Positions 23,708 through 38,226 of a stretch of DNA of 64,000 nt are shown one piece after another. The stretch's first letter is position 1. Each line of letters starts with the position of its first letter. Below the pieces are notes generated by a model. The model searched no databases and was not told where the DNA came from. It was given only the letters and a program-made list of their open reading frames with translations. Source of the DNA: Guillardia theta CCMP2712 (taxonomy: Eukaryota; Protista; Cryptophyta); NCBI RefSeq assembly GCF_000315625.1, contig NW_005434608.1:254352-318351 (forward strand). The letters run 5' to 3'. A program made the translations under genes and the position numbers.

Positions 23708-26700
23708 CCTCATCATCCTCAGCAACACCCTGCCCGTCATTGTGTCGACCTGCATGACATCTGCGTGCGAGACGGGCTGCTGAGCAAGAAGCTTCCAGAA
23801 GAGAGGAGGAAAGTTGAGGTCCAACGGCATCCCCGTCCTGATCGCAATGCCCATCATCCTCCCGAGAAACTCAAAGAGGGAAAGATTATGCGGAGAGGAG
23901 GAGGAGGGAGACGGGAGGAGCTTGTCCTGGTTCGGTAACGTGCCTCCTTCGTGCTTGTTGGGGCAGGGGATCAGCAGAGGTAGTTTGCCTTCCTCTAGCT
24001 CAGCGCATGAGGAGGAAAGGCTCTCCCTGTACGGCCCTCCGTATCCCTCCGCACCCTCCCCCAGGAAGTGGACGAGGAAGGGCATGTCCTGCCTGCGGAA
24101 GAGAGCAGGAGGGAGGAAGGAGATCTGACTATAGAGCTGCTGGAAGACCGTGACGTTGCAGTGGCGGTCGACCACGACTGTGACCTGCTGTGATTTGTTG
24201 CTCAGATGCTGGAAGCACTGTGACATGTGCTGCTTTTTGACGTCGGTGAAGACAAGATCCCGCAGTCCATAGAGGCTGTGAGCAAGCGACCCGGCAGTAC
24301 CGACGAGCGACAGGTCGACGAGGGAGAAGATGAAGTCGGCGAGAAGAGAGTTGAAGGTGAGGAGCATGGAGGACCGGAACCGGAGCAGCAAGGAGGGTAG
24401 GTGCTGTATCTTGGCTCGATCGTCCGCCTTCAGCGCATGCGCCTCGTCGACCGCCTCCTCCGCCCTGTTGAGCACGTCCCCCATGACGAAGCCAGCGGGA
24501 AAGAAGAGGGAGGAAGGGGAGGCGATGGAGCCAAGGTTGTGGACCTCGGGGTTGTGGTTGACGAAGTTGCCCAGCAGGTCATCTACAAACCTGTCGACGT
24601 TGGCGAGGCAGCTGACAAGATTCTCAAGCACATCCCTGTGGTTGCTGAGTATTTCCAGCCGTCCTTGCTCGGAGTAGTCTGGGAAGACAAGGAAACGATA
24701 TCCCCAGTTCGATCCCTGCTTGCCGGAGAAGTTGTAGACAAACTTGCTGCCCTCCATGACGAGGAAAGATTTGCCCTTGCAAGCTTGCTGGAACTTGGTA
24801 CCGCTCAACTTGTGCACTCTCGACGAAGACGACGAGGACGAGGACGAGGACGAGCCGGGAGAAGACGCAGAGGAAGCAGAGTCGCAGTGCAGTCTTGCGT
24901 GCTCGTCCTCCTGGAACTTCTTGTGGAAGGTCAGAAAGTCGTCAGAGTCTGTAGCACATCGCCTGTCAAAGATTATCTTCAGCCGAGCCGCTCCAGGGAA
25001 CTCGACCACCCCCTCCTCCCAAGTCCCTCTCTGATACGGGTGTTGCTTGCTCTCCTTGATGCAGAAGGGAGTGACAAGGTTGATGAAGCTCTCGCACAGG
25101 AAAGAATGTGACAGCGAAGGCAAACCGTGCTTGTCCGACAGCGAGCTCAGCGCTGAGGAGAAGATGAGCACCTGCTCGGCAGCCTCCATGCTGCACACAG
25201 ACGTCGCCGAGATCTCTACTCGCTGCCTTGCTGTGCTACTCAGTTCGCAGAACCTCGCAAGCTCCTCCGTCTCCTCTTGCCCGAACCCAGCAACGGCACA
25301 GTCTCCCTCCTCCCCCCCCTCCACTCGCGCCTGCTCCCCTCGCTCCCGCGAGCTCCATGTCAGGTGGTTGTGCAGGAGCTTGTTCGGGATGTCAGTGGGG
25401 ACGAAGCGCAGGCACGTGAACATAGTCTCCATCAGAGTCCTCAGAAGGATCGACACGTCGCTGGGGCTCTCGACTTCATGGAGAATGCGATACCTCAGCT
25501 CCTCGGCGGAAAGATCCAGCAGGTGTGTTGTCATGATGACCAGGCTGTCCTCGTTGCTGTGCTGGACGACCGGGTGGAAGGGGAGGAGGCGGAGGATGCT
25601 GTTGATGGCTCTCATAGCCTCTACCCGCACGGAGGTAGAGCTGCGAAAGTTGGAGGACAAGCTCATCAGCTCCTCGACCAGGTCCACGAGCTCCTGAGAG
25701 GGAGCGGAGGGAGGAGGTGAGAGGAGCAATGTAGAAGTCATCCGGAGCACACAGACTGCTGGTAGGGATGATGGGGATACGAGCATCTTGTACCCCCAGA
25801 CGCTCTCTTCGCTCTTCCCCACTACCTTGAACCAGAGGCAGTTGCCGGAGATGTCGATGGGGGAGAAGGAGTTGTAGCCCTTGCCGCTGATGGAGGCTAC
25901 CAGATCACTGCAGTCTGCATCTCGAAAGATGAGTAGCTTCTGCCTTGCGCCGAGTTGACTTCTCTTGTCGAACACGACGCTGATCTGATAGTTAGAACGC
26001 ACAGAGTGAGTTCAGGTGATAGCAACAGTTGTACATGTTACCCTGGAGCAACTGGCAATGTCGATGGAAACACGCCTTGACTTGCCGTCAACAGCCCCAT
26101 GGAAGGGATGTGATGATTCTGCTACCTTGACTGCAGCTGAAACATCAGTCGCTCCAGTTGTTGTTGCAGCAAACTCACCGTATTGCTCGTGATGCTTGTT
26201 GACTTGTGCGATCTCTGCCGTCAGCAGCGCAGCAACCATGTTGCGAGATCCAAGATCCGCTCCTCCCTCCTCTCCTTGACAACGTTGACTTGTGCTGCTG
26301 ACTTTGTGATTCATCTGCATCATAGCTTGCAGAGCGCGGACAGGGGAAACTAGCGTGGTCGATGGATCTTTTGTGGAGTTGACATGTTTGCCGATGATGT
26401 TCAAACACTTGCCGGTTGTCTCTTGTGTGAAACTGACATCTGAATGGTAGGTGGAGAGCAAGGGTAGACTGCAGATCACACAATCTCGCAATGTCGTCAT
26501 GTACATCTCACTCCTGATCTTGCAGAGACATCGCACGAGCTCATTACCCTGCAGTCTCATGGCAAGGCAGAAAGTGTGGAGAAGGAACTTGTTGGGGCGA
26601 GCGAGGCTGGCAACAGGGACCTGAAGGATCTGTGGAGTGTTGTGGTAGCATCCGAGGAGGTCGAAGCAGACTGACGCTGTCTGCGAGTCTTTGTGGATCG

Positions 26701-27265
26701 CTACCACCAGCCCGCAACTGCCCCTCCTTGCGTTACCCAGCATCTTGAGATCCTCTGCGCTTCTGAGGTCCCGTTGGTACTCGTAGATGCTGCCGAGTTT
26801 GATCTCCACACAGTCAGTGCTGTGCTCGTAGCTATCGGGCTCGAAGCATTCCTGCCGGGGGAGGAAGTACCTGCAGCAGAAGTCTCCCTCCAGCTCTTCT
26901 TCCTCGGCCTCGTGCCCTTGCTCGGACGAGGAGCAGGATGCTGCTGTGGCATCCACGTCCATCACTTGGGGGTTGTCGATCACGTACTGAGCGGAGGAGT
27001 CGAGGAGCCAGGCGGCTGCTAGTTGGGCGTCGTCCCGGTTGAGCTGTAGAGCAACCAGGCAGAGCTGGTGGGGGTAGCCCAAGGCCGCCAGGTCATTGGC
27101 CATGGCAGAACGCTGACCTTGTCTGAGGTCCTGATCTTCGTTGGGGGGAGAGGGAGGAGGGGCAGGGGGAAGAGTTTCTTCAAGGTTGTTGTATGCAAGT
27201 TGAGGAAACATGATGCTGTTGCTGTTGCTGATGTTGATGTTGATGTTGTTGTTGTTGTTGTCGTC

Positions 27266-27300
<35 letters not shown>

Positions 27301-30300
27301 TGTTGCTGTTGGTTTGAAACAGGTGATACATGTACAACTTTTCCATTATTGTTCCTTCGAGATGACGGCACTGATTCCATTCCGATGTTGTCAAAGAACA
27401 AGGGCTTTCAGGATCTGCCGCGTCGTCTACAAGATCTCTCCAAAACACCACGAGCTCTGAGACATCAAAAATGTTCTTTGTGCTGCAATCAGCTAGCAGA
27501 TTGTGAATGGACTTGATTGCAAACAACGACATCTGCCATATGATTGCTCTCCTTTCCTCAACATCTGTGCTGCCAGCTATCAACATTTCATCATGATCTT
27601 TCTCATGCTTTTCTTCATTGTCATTGTTGCCTTGTGTTTCAAATCGACACTTGTACTTCCGTCTTATGCTGCTGAGCTCATTTAAGGCCGCAATCAGGTG
27701 TGGGAGGATGTCGTGAGAGGGAGGAGGAGGAGCAACGTTGTCAACAACCTCAAGCTTGTCAATGTGGACAAGATTTCTGTCTGTGGACTTGGGATCATCT
27801 ATCAGCTCGACGTGGCAAGAGTCGAAGAGAAAGTTTGAGACGACGACTTCTTGTCTTTGATTGTTGTGATTGTTGTGATTGTTGCTGTCTGTGCAAGATG
27901 ATGGTCTTTCTGCATGACGATGTCTAACTTTTGACCCAACACGGAAGAAATCAACCTGTCCTCCAAAGATAGCAAGAGAGGACATGGCAGAATGAGGAGA
28001 AAGGAAGAACTGCTCCTCGTCTTTTAGGCTTGCAAGACTTTTGATGATTGCCTCTGACGTCACGTCTCGCCATGTCGTCTTCCTCAACAAGGCTCTGAGA
28101 AGGAACACACACTCTGCTGCAACAGACCAGTGAAGTACTTCATCTCGCTCGTCGAGGATTGTCTTGTCTGCCAGACTGAACTTCTTGCACGAGTGTGAGA
28201 AGAGAGAAACTCCAGAAATGCTCAACAGCCGATTGATTGTCATCTCCATCACTGCTGATGAGCATGACAGGAATGGCAGAACCTTTTGCAGCATTTGCAT
28301 GACGCTCACTCTCACTCTTGTATCCCCGAACTTGAGAAACTGGAAGAAAATCTCCACTGATTCCCAAGAAGACAACAAGCACATCAGTTGCCGATCATAA
28401 CAAGTCTTCTCGATGAAGTTCGTCCATTCCAGCATCTCTGACCTGAGATCACTGACATAGTTCGTCATCGAGTTACAAACATTCTGACGAAGATGTTGGA
28501 CTCCTCCCATCTTGACGCAAATGTCTCTCATACGTCTCCAAACGCTATCATAACACCTGGACATACATTCATTTTCTTCTGCATGGACATTGCAGAGAGC
28601 AAAAGAGGAGACAAGACGCAGGACGGTCTGAGCTGAAAGTGAAAGTTGTAACGGAGGAAGACAAATCCAGTCAGGTTCCAGTTCCATGTCCTCGACATGA
28701 TCAGTGGATGTTGGCTGCCAAGGAGTTGTCACAGCAGTACTTGTGGAAGATGTGGATGTTGTGGTTGCTGAAGTAGAAGTAGAAGTAGACGTTGATGTTC
28801 TTGTTGTTGTTGTTGATGATGATGATGATGATGAGAGGAGTTTGATTCCTCTGATCCTGCTGTTACATCCAGTGTCCTGGTTCTCATGCACCACAATCCT
28901 CAAAAGACAAGTCTCAATGGCGTGTGTGGTAGAAGACAAGATATTGACCCATGCTCCTGGGCCTTGTCTGTGATGATACTTGGCGACTTGATACAGATCA
29001 CTATCGCTGCTGCCGATCTTGACGGAGATGCTCTTGGGAGTGAAAGAACGGTCTTTCAGGTAATCGAGGAAGACAAGTACCTTGTTGATCTTGACGATGC
29101 CAGGGAATGCAAACTGAACCCAATGGGGTCGGGAGCCGTCTGACTGCCAGAAACTTTCCATATCACTGTCGACAAGATTTCTTGCGAGCAGGCTGGCAGA
29201 GGAGACGGTGATGTGAGAACGTAGAGTTACATCTCTGCTCAGGTGCACGATCGGATCTCCCAGCCAGCCCACGTGCTTTCTCACGCAGCTCCACAAAACC
29301 CTCACCATCTTATCGTTGTGCTCGAGGACATTCAGGTCAACATGAGCAAACTTATCTTCAGACTTGAGAAGTGTTCCCTGGAACCAGTAACCATGCACCT
29401 CCCACATGTTCTCACAACTCAGATTCTCCTCCTCCACGCTCCTGTCTGCTGTTATGAACACGTCCACCTCCTTGCCAACAATTCGCCCGCAAGCGACTTG
29501 TTCATATCGCCTGATAGATTTCTTTGCCACCTTGAAGGTCCTTGTTGTCTTGGTCAACTTCTCAACCCTCACATTCTCATCATCGATCTCTCCAACAACT
29601 CGAACGGGAAAGAAGAAAATTCCATTCATCTTCAATTCCTCACATTCTCCAACCATTCGGACCTCAAAGATTCCTTCATAACAATCTGACTGGGCCGCGA
29701 CCTTCTCTGTTCGCATTTCTCTCTCAAACACACTCTCGCACACCTTCCGAACGTTCTCAACATTGTCTCGCAACAGCTTCTGCCCTGGTTTCTCACTCAT
29801 GTTGAGCATCGTTGAGACAAGACTGAAGAAAGATTGTACAAGCTCTTCGCACTTCAAGTCTGCTTTCAAAATCCTCGTTGACAAATCCAGCAACAGCAAG
29901 AACATCGTCTCAACAATGCTCTCGTACTTCTCAGTCTTGCACACTGCCAACGATTGCAAACTCCCTGAGCTGAGCGAAGATGTCAAGGTACGAATTACAT
30001 CTGTGAAAACATCAAGATCCAGGTATGGTTGTTGCAGGATGTGCCTGAAGATGCCTGTAGCATGTAAGGTCTTGTCAACAACCTCATTCATTGCAATAAT
30101 GCTGCGGAAAAACTCCGACGAGTCATGATCTTGTTTCATGAAGTCGACAACATCATCGACGAACTTTGACTTGTCCATGTTAGACGTCGGTTGCAGGAGG
30201 CAAAGGAGCTCAATGACTCTACATCTCATCGTCGTCATGATCCGCATGTAAGACAAGTTCGACTGTGTCTGCGAGCTGACGGAGTTGTCAAGGTTGAGAA

Positions 30301-33300
30301 GACTCATTTTGATCTCCTGGTGTTTGTGCAGAAAGAAAGCTCTCAATTTCATCTTTGCAGCTTGCAGCAACTGCATGTGAGTTTGTTGTACATCTTCAAG
30401 TGAGTTCTGCAGTAGAGAAATGACGGTGCTTGCAAACAGCTCGTCGATCAGAGTTACAAACTGCTGCCGCAAACGCACTTGTTCCTCCATGTTCCCCTCG
30501 CTGTCTTTCTGCATCATAGTTGCAAAATGCAAAGAGTCTTCAAGGACTTGTCTTGTGCCTGAAAACATTCTCGCAATGATTTCCGAGCAACGATCCTGCG
30601 TCTCTCGGATGCTGCTGATGCTCTTCAGCTCCCTCAGAATATCATGGTAAGTTTTCCTCACTCCATGCTCAAAAACTCGGTGAGACAAACATGTAGAGAC
30701 GCTCTCGACATCCCGGCCTTGACTCATCATCATCGTCTTTGCACATCTTGCAGCCAGCTGCATCTTCATGCTCGAGATGATATGAACGGAAGAACGTGTC
30801 TTAGTGTGATGTCCAACAACTAGACATCGGAACCCCCACCTGTCACTTGCTATCTGCTCCGACGTCTCAAATGCAACTTTGCAAGAGCAGCCAGGAATGA
30901 AGATTGACATCTTGTGGTTCCGAACAGAGATGGTGTTGTCTTTTGTGAGAGAAGACTTCGATAGTTTGTGGGAGAAGGAAAAGGTCGTTGAGAGACTCTC
31001 TGCAAGAACCTGTTCATCGTGCAACAGTCAACTCATGCTGAGATAGTTTCATGATGACAGTCTGTTCAGACCTTGAGTTCATCGGAGGGAGAGAGATCAG
31101 TTCTCGGATCGATCTCAACAGTCAGAAAGTCTGCTTCGGGGATGTTGACCTAGAGGCGATGGATGGTTAGAAGTGCTCACGGGGAAAACTATGATGCATA
31201 GCAATGAGATGAGATGAGATGAGATGAGATGAGATGAGATGAGATGAGATGAGATGAGATGAGATGAGATGAGATGAGATGAGATGAGATGAGATGAGAT
31301 GAGATGAGACGAGATGAGATGATCAGCACAAACAAGTCAAAGGGGCAAAGCAAAAGCAGTAGACAACACAAACAACAAGTAGCACGCACATAAGTTCACA
31401 CACAAACATCATCATCATCAAGACAAGCAAACATGTCGTACATTATAGTTCTCCCTCTCGCAAGCCCGATAAGGATGTGGAGACTCGATGATCACTGAAC
31501 TTCTCCTCCTCTCCTCGCTTTCATCCTTCATCGTCGACCACCTCGTCTCCTCCCCCTCCTCCTCCGCTAACCTCATTCTCATCAAGACAGGAAGCAGCGC
31601 TTGCGCGAACATCTCAGACTGGACGAACAAGAACCCTAAGGAGAGAGTTCCTGGGACCACCAGAGCGAACATCGCATCGTCCTCCAACGCCAGCCTCAGG
31701 TCCTCCTTCGACAGCCTCTCCTTCAGCGTTGCTGACCACTCATCCGCGCTCTCCATGATCCTGAGGATGGTGGGCAGGAGGCAGCCATGCAGGAGCATGC
31801 GGCAGCTGGTCAGGTCCTCGTTGTCGAGGACGTAGCTCGTCACCTCCCGGACCAGGCTGAGGATAGCTTTAGCCATGAGCTCGTGGTCGAAACCCTCCAT
31901 TCTCCTGATAGGATTCATCGTCAATACCATCAGCCCGGTCATCTTGCAGAAGCTGGAACAAGATGTATCGACGCGCTGCTGCTGATGCTGCTCCTCCTCC
32001 TCCTCCTCCTCCTGCCGCTCCTGCTGCTCCTGCCACTCCTCTTCCTCGTCACCGCTGGTTTGAGACTTTGGGATCAAAAATCGAGTGAAGGTGACGTCTT
32101 GGGCTGCTGCTCTGAGAAGCGCGTGAAGGAGGAGACGGTCGCCTGCTCCGAGGGTTTCTCCCGAGAGAAGACGAGAGAGAAGCTCGTGGAGGAGACGAAC
32201 CTGAATAGAGAGAGTAAGGAAGAGGAGAGGAGAGGAGAGGAGAGGAGAGGAGAGGAGAGGAGAGGAGAGGAGAGGAGAGGAGTGGAGAGGAGGGGAGAGG
32301 AGGGGCGAAGCAGGGCAGGGCAGGGCAGGGCAGTGCAGGGGAACTGACGGCAAAGAGACTAGAAGAGAGGATAGGAGCTCGGCGAAGGAAGAAGACAAGA
32401 GGAAAGTGGCCATAGCAAGCTTTTCACCTGCTTCTCCCCCCCGGGCGAGATGATTCCATACCCATCGATAATGATGCGACAGCACTCGTGGTGAATGGGC
32501 GTGTGCTGCAATGAGGCAACCCCGATCAGATCCCTGACGAGAGGAAGCAGGTCGATCAGGACAAGCTTGCAAGCGTCGATTTCACTGCCCGCCTGTGATG
32601 CTGCGGTCAGAAGGGAAATGGCAAGAGGAGAGATGGACAACAACCTTACTTGTTGACGGGTTTGATGCTTCCTCTGCATCCCCTCCACTTCCCAGCTGCT
32701 GCTCAGCTCCTGCTGAAGAGATCATGCTCTTGAGCTCAACCAGGTTGAAGTAGAGGATCCTGAGAGTGAACGTAATGAGCGTCTCAACCGCCGCGTCATA
32801 TCGCTGGTTGTCAAAGTTCGACAGGATGTTCTTGACTCCCGTGAACGTCTCCCTGCAAACTTCGATGCACCAGGGGAACCAGGAAAAGTTTCCGACGTCG
32901 TGAGGAAAGACGATCCTGTCCTTGACCTCTTCCTTCTTGAACAGACCCTCGAAGAAGGACCCGTCTCCCCTATGCGCTCGCACCCACGACGTACACATGA
33001 GCTCGACGTGCGCCAGGAGGATAAGGACTGAGAGCGGCGCTGACCGAGAGCGGCGTGCTGAAGAGAGGAAGTGCTCGGGCAGGGTCAGGAAGGCGACGGC
33101 GTCGCAGGGGTAGTGGTAGCTGGAGTCGTCCTGAGCTGAGAAACAGGTTTGACACCCTTCGACGTTTGCAAGGAGGTTGAGGGTGATGCAGGCGCTGGAC
33201 TTGCTGTCCGGTAAGGAGGAAGAGGAGGAAGAGGCTGAGGAGGAAGGGGCGTTGAGACAAGAACGCAAGGAAGGAGGAGGAGTGAAGGAAGGAGACGAAG

Positions 33301-34678
33301 GAGAAGCAGAAGGAGACGAAGGAGAGGCAGAAGGAGGGGGAGGAGAGGCAGAAGGAGGGGGAGGAGAGGCAGAAGGAGGGGAAGGAGGAATTGGTCCGTC
33401 GTCATTGAGCACGCCGGCCGACCATATAACGTTGAGGTTGGAATCGTAGGTGAGGGAGGAGGTAGAGCTTGCGATAGAGCTGCAGCCGTCGCAGGAGTGA
33501 AGTCCGGACTCCATGTCAAAGGTCCTGCACACAAACTTCCTCCTCCCTGCTCTCTCCTTCACATGCACGTGTAGCGTCTGCCCGTTGCTGTACAAGAGAC
33601 ATCCTAGGGGGGAGGGCAGTAGATCTCGTTCCGTCAGGGCAGCCTGCGCGCTGTCCCCCGATATCGCAACCAGGTGATGAAAACCGCAGGCAATCTCCGA
33701 CAGGTTCTTCTTGGTCATGCTGGGAACGAGCACAGGAACGAGCCGGTCGGTCGAGTCGCCCAGCCCGAGCTGGCCATGGCAGTTGCAGCCGAAGCTCCAC
33801 AGCTCTCCGCTCTCAGAGAGGACGCAAGTGAAGTGAGTGCCGCACGAAATCTTCACAACCTTGACGTTCCGGAGTGTCTCCACCTGCATCGGCGACGAGA
33901 CGCTGTCGGTGTGACCGAGGCCAAGTTGACCCTGGTGGTTGTAGCCGAAGGTGAACAGCTTGCCGTCTTCGAGCACAACGCATGTGTGGCTGTACCCGCA
34001 CGCGATCATGCTGGCTGGCCGCTCTTGGAGCGCTGCGATGAGGGTGGGGACGTTGGTGGACGACCTGCTCCCGAGACCGAGCTGACCGTTGAGATTCTTG
34101 CCGCAGGAGAAGACCATCCCTTCCTCCGTCAGGAAGATCGTGTGGTACTGACCGCATGCGGCAAGGCGGACGAGATGAGGAGAGGGGAGTTCAACCCTGT
34201 GCGGCAGCAGCTGGTTGGGTCTGGTGCCGATGCCTAGCTGCCCGCAGTCGTTGAGTCCGAAGGAGAAGGCAGAGCCGTCGGAGGAGACGACGACGGAGTG
34301 GTGATAGCTGCAAGACGCCGAGAGGACGCGGACGTGCTTGAGGGACTCTACGAGAAGGAGGGAGGGGGACATCTTGGTAGACCCAAGTCCTAGCTGACCG
34401 TGGTTGTTGCACCCACACGAGTAGACTTGTCCTGCTGACGTGACTACCAGCACGTGCTCTGCCCCGTTGAAGCAGCTGACCTGCACTACCTTGCAGTCGG
34501 GCGGTAGCCCCTCCATGAGCTCGATGTCGCTGCTGTACTCCTTGGACCTGTTGGCCGACCCTTGATGTGTTTCTCTCGCTAACTGCCCCGTTGAGTTCAA
34601 CCCGCAGCAGTAGACCTGACAGGATGTCAGACGTGTTTGAAGTATTGTTCTTGTTGATCAATGGAATCGTCGTCGTCG

Positions 34679-34723
<45 letters not shown>

Positions 34724-34752
34724 CCATCATCATCATCATCGCCATCATCATC

Positions 34753-34838
<86 letters not shown>

Positions 34839-36902
34839 TTTCATCACCTTGCCCTCTTCCGTCAGGAAGTACGACGTCTCACTCCCAGCAGCTACCTTCA
34901 CGATCCGCTTCCTCCTCAGCGACTGAACCAAGGACATTTCGACTTGCTCTCTGAAAGTTGAGTGCCCTAGCTCGCCCTTCCTGTTCTGCCCACACGCAAA
35001 CACTCCGCAGTCTCCCTCCCCATGTGTCTCCTCATTCACACAAGACGACAGGGAGGAGGAGGAGGAGGAGGCAGCGAGTCCGCGCTCGTCGCATGCCTTG
35101 TGAGCAGCGGCATCCTGCGACAGCATGTCGTTGTGCAAGCACATGGGGCCGACGAGCCTGATGGTTCGGAGGATAGAGCCATCTCTTACATCTAACGCTT
35201 CTACCACAACGTGACCGGATCTTATCAACCTGTCTTACATGGTAAGAGGAAGTTTGGAGAGCATGCTAGCACTTTGGAGCAAACTAGTGCACAAAAGTCT
35301 AGAATGCCAATCATTAATGCAATAACACCCAGTTTTCTCGACATCCCACTCACTGTTTCACTCTCCCTGAATGCGTGCTTCTATGTGTTCGTTCTCGTAT
35401 GGAATTGTATCTCCTTACCTCTTCACGGAGTACAACAAACTCCCGTCTCCAAAGATTGGACCGTACTCCACATCAGCAGACTGGAACTTATCTAGAACGC
35501 CTGTCTCTTGCAGACTGACTTTGTCAAGGATGAAGATCTTCTTCTTCTCTTCTCTGACGCTGCTGTGAGATCGGAAGAAAAGCCAACTGCCAGCGCAAGC
35601 CAGCCATCCTTTCTCTCCTTTCCTATACGAGCTGCATGATACAACTCCGACATCTTGGCCTTGCGATATCCCCTTGGCGATCTTCATCAATCCAACGTTG
35701 CAGTGAAGGAATATGAAAGATCCGTCAGAAGCAATCGTCGAGTAGTTCTCAGTGAAATCTGCCTTCTTTTACAAGACACCGTCAGTTCCAGCTAGACTTC
35801 GGCATCCAAACACAAACACACACTCTCTGACACTCACACTGACGCAAAGATCAAAAGCAGAACGGGTCAAGTGTAGATCACCAGCACACACATCATGTTC
35901 GGAAGGATCTCCGGCAACACAGCCATCCCCTCCTCCACTTCAGCAGCTCACCGCAGCGCCGATCCTCCAAGTTCGCAGGGAGTTGGAAGAGCACAGGGAA
36001 GACAGCGGGGTGTGGAACCACCTTCTGAGTACTGTGCATGACTCGTCCTCCTCTTGGACGCTTGTGCACTCAACAAACCGGCTGACCAACGAGAAGACGT
36101 CTAGCTGCAGCTCGCTGCTCCTGATGCCAAGAAGAGCTGACCGCAGGACCCTCGACAAGCTGCCCTGATGGATTGAGAGATGAAAATGAGCACGTAGCGC
36201 CTGCTCCCGCTGCTGCAAGGGGAACCCCTCCCCGCTGGCGATGTCTGCTAGGGTTTCCGCCAACGGCTCCAGGACCTCCTCGTCCTCTCCCATCAGGCTC
36301 AACGGGGGAAGACCATCCAAGATCTCGCAGAGAGAGTCGCACACCTGAGCTAGCAGCTCATGCCTGTCCCTGGACAAGGACCGGATGGTGAGGAACAACG
36401 TCTGGAGACCCAGTTTTACCATCACAGGGAGACTGGACCTCTTGCGGGAGGGGCACGACAGCCTCCTCCCTCTCTGCTCACACGCGCTGCTGCTGAATCT
36501 CGCTGCCTTGTGCAGCTCGTAGAGCTGCAGGGCAACTCTTGCGCTCAGCATCATCGATGAACGAGATCCGCCAATCTCACTGCGACTGATGGCGTCCTTT
36601 GATATCATTCTGATCCACTCCTCTACGCCCTCAGTGTGCTCTAGAGCATGTCCGAAACACGGTTTGCATCTTTCGCCCTCCTGCTCCGCCCCCTCTGCTC
36701 TTGTGACATGTTCCTGAAGGTGGGCGTACCTGGTAGCAACCAGGCTCTCGTCCGAGCTGATGGATGTGTAGGAGGTGTTCAGTGCGCTATGTTGGCTCAT
36801 CTTGACGTTGGCGGGGTCAATGTTCCTTAGCTGTTCGTACATGTGCTTGTATTCCGACGGCATCGTAGTTGCGATGTTATCACCCTGCTGCCGTCTCGCC
36901 AT
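22609..36902 (-). CDS. Giant HERC-type HECT E3 ubiquitin ligase (RCC1 repeats, DOC/APC10, UBA, ESxHPY modules, HECT)
   Basis: RCC1 blades at 33650-35000 (GxNxxGQLGLG); DOC FWQSDGSRPHWV; UBA LAALGYPHQLC..NRDDAQLAAAWLL; HECT FLGEGAEGYGGPYRES..FLRFVWGRSRLP|LPKADTCFFTLHLPAYSS|LLYAIRNCSDMDAD. Confidence 0.92.
22703..22827. repeat. (TCATCG)n intronic microsatellite
   Basis: In the last HECT intron. Confidence 0.9.
31206..31322. repeat. (GAGAT)n intronic microsatellite
   Basis: Seen directly. Confidence 0.9.
34668..34837. repeat. (TCA/TCG)n intronic microsatellite
   Basis: Interrupts an RCC1 blade (LTEEGK|VYCCGLN). Confidence 0.9.
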
Positions 36903-38226
36903 CCCCCACCGGAGCTGAAAAAGCAGAACTTCAGTATTGTACAGGAGGAATCAAGGCAAGAAACAAGGTTGATGGGGAAGAATGCGAGAGGATTAGAGCA
37001 TGGAGGGCATGGAAGGAGGGCATGGGGTATGGGGGGTATGGAGTGGAGAAGGAGGAGCTACGATATAGGAGCGTGTGAACCAGGGGTGGGGCGGGGAAAG
37101 CATGGAGCAGGAGATTGCCTAAAACAATTATTGATAGTATAAATATATAAGCCGGAACTACTTTATACCAGGACTGATGGTACGATTATAAATTATTAAA
37201 ATAAAAAGTTGCTCCCAGGAGCCTTAAGTGTATTATATGTTGTCGAAAAATATTTGTTTTGAAAAACATAAATATTTTAGAATGTGAAATAATATATTTT
37301 CGGATCCATTCCTTATTTTGTCGGGGGGATCATTTAGTACCAATGACATACCCTACCCCTTCGTTGCTGAGCCATACCCCTCTGATTTGATTCAATTCTA
37401 GGGTGAAATGTACCCAAGAATTGGGCACATAGTACCACCCTACCCTACATCCTCCACAATAGCTTTACTTCAGCATAGTCTTTTTAAAAATGAGACTTTT
37501 AGGTATCCCCTCGTCCCCCCGCCTGCAATATGGGCAGTGGAGGGGATGAGGAGACCGGCCCTTGACGCCAACAAACCATGGCAAAACCTTGTGGCGGGGA
37601 GGAGGGAGGAGAGAGGGGGGGGGAGAGGGTGGAAGGTGGAGGGTGGAAGATGCACAAGCTGTGAAAGGAGGGAGCATGTCACGGGTAGGAGGGAGCATGG
37701 ACATGCAGGAAAGGAGCATGGACTGGGAATAACTCCTGAGGCAGGACGGGTTAATGGTGACGAGGGTGCGATGGAGGAGTGAAGACGTCCAGACAAATGA
37801 GCGACAAACAGGATGATTGTGGTCAAACCAGGATGGTGGTTACTTGTGAGAACCAGCGAGCAGGAGCAATAAGGCTAGGGAGAGGTGGTGAGGACATGAA
37901 TGCGATAACGACAAAGGATGGTGAGGTGGCATGGCAAGTCCCATGTGAGCATGGAAGGAACATGAGTTCAACTCAGATGAATGCTAGAGAATGTGTAGAA
38001 GAGAGGCGGCAGCTGCTGGTATTGGTTGTGATGGGAAGAGGAGAAGCGGTGAATGAGACGAGAGAGAGACCGTAGAAAGCGAGTCCGATTTTCTTGAGCA
38101 TGTGGTGGGGAGTTACTCTCAATCCTAGCTCAGTTGTCTACCATCAGTCTGAATGATTGTATTCCTCATCTTACAGGAATGAGATTCTTCGCAATGTCAA
38201 GGAGCTTGTGATCAAGGTTCAGCAGG

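Noticed and set aside
34191-35228. Poly-methionine protein
   Set aside because: The (ATG)n run lies in an intron interrupting an RCC1 blade of the HECT ligase
22976-36902. Several separate genes (1008, 1670, 384, 672, 320 aa ORFs)
   Set aside because: Same strand, separated by intron-like gaps, and the domain order fits one ligase
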